A stretch of 63,046 nucleotides of DNA, the filler included, from Chiloscyllium plagiosum (taxonomy: Eukaryota): assembly GCF_004010195.1 (NCBI RefSeq). It is 4 parts of one record of this genome, joined end to end, with 100 filler letters (N's around TTAATTAATTAA, not from the genome) between each part and the next. Parts side by side here need not be neighbours in the genome. Positions count along the whole stretch, not along the records: positions 45,075 to 56,443 come from NC_057710.1; positions 56,544 to 63,046 come from NC_057710.1; 2 more parts are not named here. The stretch is one strand, 5' to 3'. Positions 52,539-63,046 of this stretch are shown here, piece after piece. Position 1 is the first letter of the stretch. Every line of letters starts with the position of its first letter. The notes below the pieces were generated by a model. The model made no database searches and was not told the origin of the DNA. It saw nothing but the letters and a program-made list of their open reading frames with translations. The position numbers and the translations under genes are program-made.

Positions 52539-53448
52539 ATAGAAGAACAATAAATGCTTACAGGTGGAGGGTCCTTTAGGGAGAGGACATGTAAGACTTG
52601 TTACTTTAATCACAAATGTGGAAGACAATGGAAAATAACCTCAAATGTTCTTTTTCTTGGATAATGCTCATTGAAATAAAAATGCAAGGCTCCAACAAGC
52701 AAATGAATTGGAGAACATCATAATATAAAGAATGGAGAAATGAGCAGAAGACCCATCCTTACACAGATCGCTATTACAATTTTTAAAAATGACTCAAATA
52801 ACTTTGAGAGCGTGTTTAGTTTGTTGAATTTTCAGCTTCAAAAATTTGCCTTCAACTTTCCTTTCTACAGCGCACCCCAGAAATTTATATTCAGTCCTAT
52901 CACCCTGATCTTCCATGTGCTGTTTTTCTTGCTCTCTGTCTCAGAACAATGCTTGATTTTCTTGTTCAGTAGCATCTGATCATCAACAAACTGCACAGTT
53001 TTTTGTATGCATCACTCTTAGTATTTTGAGCATCTTTCACAAATGAGGAACATAATGGTGTGATTCAGGCTTCTGAGGCAATGTTTGAACATACAGATAA
53101 TGAGAACCTTTGTACTAGCTTATCATTAGTGCAGAAGAGTCATAAATTATAGCATTACCGCAGACTGCATATTTTCAATAGATCAAGAAGAAATGAATTT
53201 TAAAAAGCCAGGTAAGCAAGATCTGAAGATAAAAATCAGTATCCGTGAATATAAATTGAAAATAAATATCATGAGTAACTTTAATTTAAAGGTAAATTCC
53301 AATGCTCTTGTATAAACATTCAGAATAAACTTTCACAATATTTGTTGGGCATGCTGCATCAACTGCTAATAATTCAATATTTTTCCAAATATGAGTAGAT
53401 CGTGTCCTTAAGAACTTTCTCCAAATATTTCCCTACCACTGATGTGGC

Positions 53449-53792
53449 TGGGCAGCACGGTTAGCACTGCTGCCTCACAGCACCAAGGACTCAGATTTGA
53501 TTCCAGTCTTGGGTAATTGTCTGTGTGGGGTGTGCACATTCTCCCCATGTCTGCGTAGGTTTCTGCCAGTGCTCTGGTTTCCTCCCACAGTCCAGAGATG
53601 TGCAGGTTAGGTGGATTGTCCATGCTAAATTGTCTGTAGTGTCTAGGGATGTTAAACTAGGTGGATTAGTTATGGTAAATGTGCAATTATGAGAATAGGG
53701 TAAGAGTCTGTGTCTGAATGGGATGTTCTTCAGAGGGTTGGTAAAAACTCGATGAACTGGATAGCCTCCTTCCACACTGTAGGGATTCTATG
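53449..53792 (+). mobile_element. HE1-type SINE
   Basis: Core ggtttcctcccacagtcca; tail cacactgtagggattctatg. Confidence 0.85.
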
Positions 53793-53988
53793 CAAGGTTT
53801 GTGAAGGTTTGTAGCTCAGGTTGAGGTTTAGGGCTTCACTTGGAGGTCGCCACTGATGATGTTACCTAGCCAGGTAATGAAACATCTGGATTTCAAACTG
53901 GCCCTAAAACCCTTCAACTTAGACTTTTCAGAGTCTGTGTCTTTTACAACCTCTCTTAAAAAAAACCCCGAGCAAACCTGCACCCTAA
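53793..53988. mobile_element. Penelope mini-element with 12-bp TSD and hammerhead core
   Basis: TSD agggattctatg at 53781-53792 and 53989-54000; CTGATGA-t-gttacct-agcc-aggtaat-GAAAC at 53853-53883. Confidence 0.85.
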
Positions 53989-54079
53989 AGGGATTCTATG
54001 AATAAGGCTCAACTTTAATTTGCCAGATTATCCTGTTGCCCTTCTTAAAAGGAGCAATATTGGCTATTCTCCAGTCCTC

Positions 54080-55970
54080 CGGGGAAATAAGGCAGGACAA
54101 GTGACTGAGGTGACAGTGGGAAGTACTTTGAGGCAAATGATCATAATTCTATTAGTTAAAAATAGTGATGGAAAAGGATAGACCTGATGCAAAAGTCAGG
54201 GTTCTCGTCCAGAGGAAGGACAATTTTGACAATATTTGACAAGAACTTTCAAAAGTTGATTGAGGGTAGATATTTGCAGGTAAAGGGACAGCTGAAAAGT
54301 GGGAAGCCTTCAAAAATGAGGTAAAAACAGTCTAGGGATAGTATGTTCCTGTTAGGATGAAGGGCAAGGCTGGTAGGTTCAGGGAATGCTGGCAGACGAG
54401 AGAAATTGAGGTTGTGGTCAAGAAAAACAAACAAGCATATTTCAGGTATAGACAGCTGGGATCAAGTGAATCCTAAGGGGATTATAAGGATAGTAGGAAT
54501 ATACTTAAGAGGGAAATCAGGAGAGCAAAAAGGGGACATGAAATAGCTTTGACAAGTTCAGCTAAAGAGAATCCAAAGGGTTTCTACAAATACATTAAGG
54601 ACAAAAGTGAAAGGGTTCAGAGAAGATTTACAAGGACGTCGCCAGGTTTGAAGGATTTGAGCTACAGGGAGTGGCTGAATATATTGGGGCTGTTTTCCCT
54701 GGAGCATTGGAGGCTGAAGGGTGACCTTATAGAGGTTTATAAAATCATGAGGGGCATGGATCGGATAAATAGACAAAGTCTTTTCCTTAGGGTGGGGGAG
54801 TCCAGAACTAGAGGGCATAGGTTTAGGGTGAGAGGGAAACATAAAAAAGACCGAAGAGGCAACTTTTTCATGCAGAGGGTGGTACGTCTATAGAATGAGC
54901 TGCCAGAGGAAGCAGTGGAGGCTGGTACAATTGCAACATTTAAAAGGCATCTGGTTGGATATATGAATAGGAAAGGTTTGGAGGGATATGGGCCAGGTAC
55001 TGGCAAGTGGGACTAGATTGGGTTGGGATATCTGGTCGGATATGAGTTGGATCGAAGGGTTTGTTTCCATGCTGTACATCTCTATGACTCTATGACTCTC
55101 TAAAAGAGAACCTAGGGAGGAAATAGGCCCATTGAAGATCGGCAAGGTCACCTATTTGTGGAACCACAGAAGGTGGGTGAGATATCAAATAAGTATTTTG
55201 CATCTGTGATGAAGCTGCTCCTTTAACAAGGTTATGTTGTCTGTGGGGTTTTTTTTAAGAGAGGTTGTAAAAGACACAGACTCTGAAAAGTCTAAGTTGA
55301 AGGGTTTTAGGGCCAGTTTGACTATAGCTAACAGATACTGCCTCTGACAGCAGGTTTTCAAGTTTTTGAAAAAGGAAAACACCTGTACAATGAAAGGGGA
55401 GTGGCCAGTTCTCCCAGCTCAGCTTCACCCTGGTTTGGTTTGGTTTTTAGCAGTAGTGTTGAATAGCTGCTGGACCCCAAAGAAGCAGGTCCAGGCTGAT
55501 CCTCCTCTCTCTCTCTGACTTCTCTCCTGTCAGACCCTGAGTTTGATTTTGCCTTTTGTGCCGAAGGGTGTTTATGGGGATTGTTGCAATTATTTGGAAC
55601 AGCATCATTAAGTCGGGATGATCCGTTGGGTATTGGGAGCGGTTACATTATTCTGTATTCTGTTCCCTTTTGTTTGTGTTTCATTTCATAATCTTGCAAA
55701 TAAGTTCTGTTTTGTTTAAAACTGGGTTGGCCAGCTGATTCTCTCCCGGAATATCCACATTACATCTGCTGAAAACAGCTAGCAAAGTTAGGGTCTGAGC
55801 TACCTTCTTGAAATGTTTTGAAGGGGTCTGATGTGGTCCATAACACATCAATGTTTACTGTGGAGAAGATTATGGAAGCTAGAGAAGTTGGGGAAACAAA
55901 TAGTGACACCTTTAAAAGTATCCATATTACAAAGGAAGAGGTGCTGGATATCTTAAAAAGCATATAAGTG
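54080..55970 (+). mobile_element. CR1 ORF2 fragment interrupted by a second CR1 3' end (~54607-55100) and a solo LTR
   Basis: KENPKGFYKYIKDK jumps directly to ERVQRRFTR..; a (tctatgac) tail follows, then the host element resumes. Confidence 0.88.
55205..55845. mobile_element. Solo LTR (641 bp)
   Basis: TGTGAT...ATAACA termini; 4-bp TSD catc at 55201-55204 and 55846-55849; removal restores the CR1 sequence. Confidence 0.9.
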
Positions 55971-55974
55971 GGTA

Positions 55975-56192
55975 ATGGGGAGGCAATGGCCTAGTGGTAT
56001 TATCGCTTGAATATTAATTCAGTGATGCAGGTAATGTTCTCGGGATATGGGTTCAAATCCCACCATGGCAAATAGAGGAATTTGAATTCAATAAATAAAC
56101 TAAGAGTCTAATGATAATCATGAATTGATAGTCAGGAAAACCCCATCTAGTTCACTAATCCCTTTTAGGGAAGAAAACTGCCATTCTTACCT
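55975..56192 (+). mobile_element. Old shark SINE (second family)
   Basis: ggcaatggcctagtggtatt head; gggttcaaatcccaccatggca B-box. Confidence 0.8.
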
Positions 56193-56443
56193 GCTCTGAA
56201 AAATGTGTTGCTGGAAAAGCGCAGCAGGTCAGGCAGCATCAAAGGAGCAGGAGAATCGACGTTTCGGGCATAAGCCCTTCTTCAGGAATGAGGAGGGTGT
56301 GCCAAGCAGGCTAAGATAAAAGGTAGGGAGGAGGGACTTGGGGGAGGGGCATTTGGAATGCGATAGGTGGAAGGAGGTTAAGGAGAGGGGATGGGGCGGA
56401 GAGGTCAGGAAAAAGATTGCAGGTCAAGAAGGCGGTGCTGAGT
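56193..56443 (-). mobile_element. Young Penelope pseudo-LTR with hammerhead (56254-56289), truncated by the gap
   Basis: Minus strand attc-CTGAAGA-a-gggc-ttat-gccc-GAAA-cg-TC-gatt. Confidence 0.9.
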
Positions 56444-56543
56444 NNNNNNNNNNNNNNNNNNNNNNNNNNNNNNNNNNNNNNNNNNNNTTAATTAATTAAN
56501 NNNNNNNNNNNNNNNNNNNNNNNNNNNNNNNNNNNNNNNNNNN
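56444..56543. other. Artificial contig linker
   Basis: N44-TTAATTAATTAA-N44. Confidence 0.98.
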
Positions 56544-57593
56544 CCTGAATGTACACAGGCAGCAATAGCCTGAATGTACACAGGCAGCAATAGCCTGAAT
56601 GTACACAGGCAGCAATAGCCTGAATGTACACAGGCAGCAATAGCCTGAATGTACACAGGCAGCAATAGCCTGAATGTACACAGGCAGCAATAGCCTGAAT
56701 GTACACAGGCAGCAATAGCCTGAATGTACACAGGCAGCAATAGCCTGAATGTACACAGGCAGCAATAGCCTGAATGTACACAGGCAGCAATAGCCTGAAT
56801 GTACACAGGCAGCAATAACCTGAATGTACACAGGTCGTAACAACCTGAATGTACACAGGCAGTAACAACCTGAATGTACACGGGCAGTAACAACCTGAAT
56901 GTACACGGGCAGTAACAACCTGAATGTACACGGGCAGTAATAACCTGAATGCACACGGGCAGTAATGGCTTGAATGTACACAGGCAGTAATAACCTGAAT
57001 GTACACAGGCAGTAATAACCTGAATGTACACGGGCAGTAATAACCTGAATGTACACAGGCAGTAATGGCCTGAATGTACACGGGCAGTAACAACCTGAAT
57101 GTACACGGGCAGTAATAACCTGAATGCACACGGGCAGTAATGGCTTGAATGTACACAGGCAGTAATAACCTGAATGTACACAGGCAGTAATAACCTGAAT
57201 GTACACGGGCAGTAATAACCTGAATGTACACAGGCAGTAATGGCCTGAATGTACACGGGCAGTAACAACCTGAATGTACACAGGCAGTAATAACCTGAAT
57301 GTACACGGGCAGTAATAACCTGAATGTACACAGCCAGTAACAACCTGAATGTACACGGGCAGTAATAACCTGAATGCACACGGGCAGTAATGGCTTGAAT
57401 GTACACAGGCAGTAATAACCTGAATGTACACAGGCAGTAATAACCTGAATGTACACAGGCAGTAATAACCTGAATGTACACAGGCAGCAATAGCCTGAAT
57501 GTACACAGGTAGTAATAACCTGAATGTACACAGGCAGCAATAGCCTGAATGTACACAGGCAGCAATAGCCTGAATGTACACAGGCAGTAATAA
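56544..57593. repeat. 25-bp minisatellite, about 42 copies (open at the gap)
   Basis: Unit CCTGAATGTACACAGGCAG(C/T)AATA(G/A); 1050 bp. Confidence 0.97.
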
Positions 57594-58690
57594 CCTTGAA
57601 ACAGGCATTAGGCACTACACCCACCCTAAAAGAACCCAAATACTGAGGGACCATTCTCATTAGAAGTAGCGGCAACAGATTCTACTTCCACTGCTGTCCT
57701 ATTACAGGGCATAGATGGAAAATTAAGGGCATTGGCATACGCTTTCTCGCACAGTGACCCCTGTGGAACAAGGGTGTGATAAACCGTCTTCTGAGTAGTA
57801 TAGCACTTCACTAACAGAGTGTCGCTAAACCCCCCCAGAAAACACACCTCCTCAGTTGTTATTAGATGGAAGGATAAAAATTGGATCAGTGAGCCAAAAT
57901 GGCTTTGCCAGATGGATCTTACTATTACAGGGCAAGAATATTACTAGCATTCAAGGAGCAGGAGAATCAATGTTTCAGGCATGAGCCCTTCTTCAGGAAT
58001 TCCTGCTCCTTGGATGCTGCCTGACCTGCTGCGCTTTTCCAGCAACACATTTTCAGCTCTGATCTCCAGCATCAGCAGTCCTCACTTTCTCCAGGAATAT
58101 TACTACTAAAGGAATACAAACCACCACAACGTTAGCCGATAACCTGATCTTTCAAGCGAACAAACATGAGTGTGCAATAATGGTAACAAATGACTCCAAG
58201 TGTCAAACCAAAGAGGAGGCAAAATAATAAAGTTGTGCAGAGAAAAGGGAAAATGGAGGCATAACAAAATTCTACCCAATTTTTTTCATGCATGGATCCT
58301 TGCTGGTGCAGTGAACTGAAGAGGGTGTGCTATCTATAGAGAAGATGAACAGGGACAAGGAATATTGAGCATGGCCCGAAAATTACCAAAGACAATGAGC
58401 ACTGAGGTGGCAGTATTGGCAGCAGTGGCATGTGCGGTTATATATCCAGATGTTTTTCTCCCTGGAGCAGACATATACTCTGACAGTATGTACGTGTGCA
58501 ACAGTCTCACAGAATATACCCCAATGGGAGGCTAGAGCATTTGTCTTGGTTGATGGAAGACCCCGACTATCCGCACTATTGCTAAGATATATCCTTGATA
58601 AAGCAAAGGAGAAGGAACATGGGGTAGTTAAGGTAGAGCTGCACACAAAACTATCACCTGACAGGAACAAAAAGGCAGACTATTTGAACT
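57569..58690 (+). mobile_element. Retrovirus-like pol fragment: RT C-terminus, degenerate RNase H (tether), second RNase H
   Basis: PECTQAVITLKQAL, PFSLEVAATD..AVLLQ..GKLRALAYA, TPVEQG, ARWILLLQG, then FMHGS, AVLAAV, DIYSDSMYV, WEARAFVLVDGRP, VKVELH..NKKADYL; frameshifted. Confidence 0.85.
57947..58094. mobile_element. Penelope fold-back mini-element inside pol
   Basis: 11-bp TSD gaatattacta at 57936-57946 and 58095-58105; removal restores LQGKNITTKG. Confidence 0.9.
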
Positions 58691-58694
58691 GAAT

Positions 58695-58980
58695 TTGTAC
58701 TTCAGACCTGTGTTCACTGGGGAAGACACAAGCAATCTCCCTGAGGTAACAGTGGCTGAAGGAGCTGAACTTAAGGGAATTTATATTTGCCAGGAATTGA
58801 TGTTGGAGAGACTGTTAGGTCTGAAGGTTGATAAGTCCCCAGGGCCTGATGGTCTATATTCCAGGGTACTGAAGTAGGTGGCTCGAGAAATCATGGATGC
58901 GTTGGTGATTATTTTCCAGAGTTCGATAGATTCGGGATTAGTTCCTGCGGATTGGAGGGTGGCTAATGTTGTACCACTAA
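58695..58980 (+). mobile_element. CR1 ORF2 fragment
   Basis: LKVDKSPGPDGLY..DWRVANVVP. Confidence 0.88.
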
Positions 58981-59435
58981 ATACTGAGGAGTAACAGTAC
59001 ATAATTCAATTTGCATGATTCGGGGTCTGCACAGACAGTGTCATCTGAAGCAGTGAGCGTGAGTTCTGAAGGCTGTTTGCTGCTTGGTGCATGGTTAAGG
59101 ACGTTTCGCCAGGGCTAGACAAGAACATGGAGCCAAACGGGACGGATCCAGTTACTGGCATCTATATAGGACTGGAAAGGAGGTTCTTCTGAAAGATTTG
59201 GAGCAATTAGAAGCTAAGTTAATATGCAGAGTCTTCAAGGTGATAATCCTCCCCCACAGGTGCTCAGTAACAGCAGTGTATTCTATCTACAGGAAGCACT
59301 GCAGAAATTCACCAAAGTTCCTCAGACAGTAGCTTCCAAATGCATGACCACCTCTATCTGGAAAGACAAAGGCAGCAGATACATGGGAACACCACTTACC
59401 TTCAAGTTCTCCTCCAAACTACTCACTGTTCTAAC

Positions 59436-60315
59436 TTACAACATAGAACATTACAGTGCAGTACAGGCCCTTCAGCCCTCGATGTTGCGCTGACCTGTGG
59501 AACCAATGTGAAGCCCATCTATCCTACCCTATTCCATTATCATCCATACATTAATCAAATGACCATTTAAATGGCCTTAAAGTTGGTGAGTCTAATACAG
59601 TTGCAGGCAGGGCATTCGACACCCTTACTTAGTCACTGAGTAAAGAGCCTACCTCCGACACCTGTCCAAATCTATACTCCATAGCTGGTCCTTGAATAAG
59701 GTCCACATTTCAATTGTGCCCGTCCCCCGGGAGTTTCTTTCCCCATCCTATGTATCCTAAATCTTGCCTAATCACATCATAATTGCCTTTCCCCCAGCCA
59801 TGCCTCTTTCCCTGCAGTATATATCTATGCCTTTCCATCGCTAAAGTAACCGTACCTTGGAAATATAGAACATAGAACAATACAGCGCAAAACAGGCCCT
59901 TTGGCCCCCGATGTTGCGCCGACCTGTAAACTAATCTGAGCCCATCCCCCCACTCTATCCCATCATCATCCATGTGCTTATCCAAGGATTGTTTAAATCT
60001 CCCTAATGTGGCTTAGTTAACTACATTAGTAGGTAGGGCATTCCACACCCTTACCACTCTTTGAGTAAAGAACCTGCCTCTGACATCTGTCTTAAATCTA
60101 TCACCCCTCAATTTGTAGCTATGCCCCCTCGTACAAGCTGATGTCATCATCCTAGGAAAGAGACTTTCACTGTCTACCCTATCTAATCCTCTGATCATCT
60201 CGTATGTCTCTATCAAATCCCCTCTTAGCCTCCTTCTTCCCAATGAGAAAAGACCCAAGTCTCTCAGCCTTTCCTCATAAGACCTTCCCTCCAGACCAGG
60301 CAACATCCTGGTAAA
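59436..60315 (-). mobile_element. Nested CR1 3' ends inserted into a LINE tail (59260-59435 and 60320-60510)
   Basis: RMLPGLEGRSYEERLRDLGLFSL; acatagaaca tails at ~59440 and ~59865. Confidence 0.88.
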
Positions 60316-61008
60316 AATATATTTCCCTTCCTTCACTGTCACTGGGTCAAAATCCAGAAACTCCCTCTACAATGGTGTCATGAGTCAACCCACAGCAGAC
60401 GGACTACAACAGTTCAAGACGGCAGCTCACCACCACCTTCTCAAGGGCAACTAGGAATGGGTAATAAATGTTGCCCAGCCAGCGAATCCCCATCCCACAA
60501 ATGAATTTAAAAAAAAAAAAGTCACTGGATTACTATGTGAGCTACAGGCAAACTGGTATAGATTAAATAAAGTGAAAGGGTCAAATGTGTAACTTAAAGA
60601 TTGGTGTCCGAGGAATGAGTTTCAGTTCATGGGTTATTGGCATCACAACTGGATAAAAGGAAGCTGTTCTGGTTGAACAGACATCACTTGAACCGTGCTG
60701 GGACCAGTGACCTGAAGCATCAAATGACTAGTGCCATGGACAAGCATTTAAACCAATTAGAGGTTTGCAAAGTCAAAAGTATATGGCAACATTACCCAGC
60801 AACTCTTTTGACAATCAAACCCAGAGTGGGACTGGAAGGGGTAGAGCATGTAAGTTAATAAAGAGGCAGCAGACAGGAAAAAAGGGGAAAATAAAGGGTA
60901 GAAAAGCAAAATCCATGTTAAAAAAAAAACATGGATTAATGGCATAAATAGAAGAGAGATTGGATAGACCGTGATTTGAAGATGCTGGTGATGGACTGGG
61001 GTGTACAA

Positions 61009-61142
61009 AGTTAAAAATCACACAACACCAGGTTATAGTCCAACAGGTTTAATTGGAAGCACTAGTTTTCGAAGTGCTCCAAAAGCTAGTACTTCTAATT
61101 CAACCTGTTGGACTATAACCTGGTGTTGTGTGATTTTTAACT
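61009..61142. mobile_element. Penelope-end palindrome (134 bp)
   Basis: agttaaaaatcacacaacaccaggttatagtccaacaggtt is perfectly inverted at the right end. Confidence 0.9.
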
Positions 61143-61206
61143 GGATAGAGAGTGGTTATTCTTCTTTGAGAAGGAGGCAGGAGTGGGAGTACATGTTTGA
61201 GGAGCT

Positions 61207-61424
61207 TGTGGTGAAGCTGTGGGTGCACTGTACCTTTAAGAGAGTTATAAGCTTGCAGAACTACCTGGTTGCCTGGAAACGACAACACAGATTCAAATTA
61301 GGCCAATCAGTTCAAACTATACCCCCAAAAAAACCAAACTCTCATTATGTTTGAATTGAGTACATTGACAATCTTAAAAGCCAATCCGATGCTTTAGGGG
61401 TATAAGGAAACAAGGGAATGGACA
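61207..61424 (+). mobile_element. Partial LTR
   Basis: Starts tgtggtgaagctg..cctttaag like the 55205 LTR; contains CCAAT and tataa motifs. Confidence 0.55.
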
Positions 61425-62880
61425 ATCAAAAGAGAAACAGGCAGATTGGACAGGTGTCCCCTAGAGTCCCACTCACTTGAATTTGGAGTTTTCTGTTCTG
61501 AAAGTTGAGAAGGGCACTGGTACTTTAAGGGAGCGCCAACACAGCCAAGCTTTGGCACCATAAACAACTTAACTTTACAGAAGGGGAGAAAGAAGAAATC
61601 ACGGGCAAAACTGAGAGGGGCTTCATTAGTTAGGGGTACATACAGGCATTTCTGTTTTGCCTTCCTGGGATCAGACATTTCACTGAGTGGTTGTAGGCAT
61701 CTGAAGGGGGAAGATGATAAAACAGATGTCATAGTACACATAGGTACCTGCGGAAGCCATTTTCTTGGTCATGGCTTCCCTCCCAGTTAAGGAACCATTT
61801 TGTTGAAGTGCCCCTCACTCTGCAGAACAATAGTACTTGGCATGTAGCTATGCAAGGCTGTCTCACAGCCTCCCATACATAGTTTAGTTCCTCTCTCACA
61901 AGGATGTGATATATTGCTGGTGTGTGTAGCTTAATTGCTCAAAGACGCCTCCTCTTGTCAATTCGCTTCTCTCTCTCTCTACGATGTACTGCTAATGTGG
62001 GTTGTCCCTCTACTTAAGGTCATTTGTCCTACATTTGTTATGGATCTCTGTCAACAGCATGTTAGGTAATAACTTTCAATCCTGTCCACTTGTGGAATGT
62101 GTAGCGTCAATTAGGGCTGACCCTGAGAGTTGACCCTTGTTTTGGTACCTCCTCAGACCATCCTGACACCTCGTGATTAACGGTCAGTCTGTGTCTCAGC
62201 CCGGGTCTTGATTTCTATATAATCCTGTGACCTTTTGCTGTACTTTGGAGTCTTACCGAGCCACAGTGTGGGACAATGGCTCCCCCAATGATGCATCATG
62301 CAATAAACTAGTTTATACTTGAGATCTACCTCACGAGATTTTCTTCAGCAGTACCAATGACAGAGTTTGTGACATGAGGTCTTGCAACAATTCAGTGAGC
62401 TACACAGTAGATTAGAAAGCACGGCCTCAAAAGGTTGTAGTTGCAAGATTATTCCTCGTGCCATGGGCAGGCAGCAGAGAAATAGAGCAGATGAAAGCAT
62501 GGATCAAGCGTTGTTGCAGGATGGAACGTTCTAGGTTCCTGGATTACTGTTTCTGAGAAAGATGGGACATCTACAAGCAGGGATCATCTGCAACTGAGCC
62601 AGAATGGGACCAACATCCTTGTAGGAGGGTTTACTAGCACTGTCAGGAGGACCTTAAGCTAGTTCAGCAGGGGATAGGGTCACAGTGCATTCATTCAATG
62701 TCAACACTGCACAACTTAGAAAAGGACACAGGGACAGCAGGGTTGGCCATGTGGTCTCTCAAAGGAGTAAGGTGAGACTGAATGGCCTCTGCTTTAACGC
62801 CAGGAGTATTAGAGGCAAAACAGGGCATGGAACATGGAACTGCAATGTTGTTGTCATCACAGAGATGTGGTTGAGGGAAA
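61425..62880 (+). mobile_element. Old CR1 ORF1 / ORF2-start relic
   Basis: VHIGT|ND esterase motif split by an LTR; FNARSIRGK..ITEMWL endonuclease start. Confidence 0.8.
61749..62350 (+). mobile_element. Solo LTR (602 bp)
   Basis: TG...CA termini; perfect 5-bp TSD gtacc at 61744-61748 and 62351-62355; TATATAA at ~62216 and AATAAA at ~62302. Confidence 0.92.
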
Positions 62881-62885
62881 GACAA

Positions 62886-63046
62886 TACAACAAATCGGAA
62901 GCCCCCAAACAGTACCTACAATAAATCCGAAGCCCCCAACCAGGACAACCAGTCCTACAACAAATCCGAAGCCCCCAACCAGGACAACCAGTACCTACAA
63001 CAAATCCGAAGCCCCCAACCAGGACAACCAGTAACTACAACAAATC
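62886..63046. repeat. ~40-bp minisatellite running off the window
   Basis: Unit tacaacaaatccgaagcccccaaccaggacaaccagtacc, about 4 copies visible. Confidence 0.93.

Noticed and set aside
56544..57593. CRISPR-like array
   Set aside because: Head-to-tail units with no unique spacers, no cas genes, and vertebrate DNA. The same applies to 62886-63046.
56488..57675. Three long Cys-rich minus-strand ORFs (357-395 aa)
   Set aside because: Artefact of a 25-bp repeat with no minus-strand stops; the same peptide cycles through all three frames and runs into Ns.

Overview
Repeat-dense, non-coding-dominated vertebrate DNA, almost certainly a shark. The HE1-type SINEs, HER1/CR1 LINEs, DeuSINE and Penelope families point that way, and a carpet/bamboo shark is my inference. 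The window is four contigs joined by artificial 100-bp N44-TTAATTAATTAA-N44 linkers. No host protein-coding gene can be identified; there are only a few weak exon or microexon candidates. Contents: CR1, L2 and Rex1/Babar LINE fragments, tRNA-SINEs, many Penelope pseudo-LTR fragments carrying minimal hammerhead ribozymes, a decayed Gypsy element, three solo LTRs with TSDs, a retrovirus-like pol fragment with two RNase H-like domains, and two minisatellites. Most notable: (1) a 42x25-bp minisatellite that appears to be amplified from the adjacent retroviral RT coding sequence; (2) two same-strand hammerheads whose predicted cut sites are 170 nt apart (retrozyme-like); (3) a tether plus RNase H pol architecture; (4) a perfect 76-bp inverted templated insertion copied from an LTR 1.3 kb away. 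Family calls are from motif recognition only, with no database search. Boundaries of old repeats are approximate.
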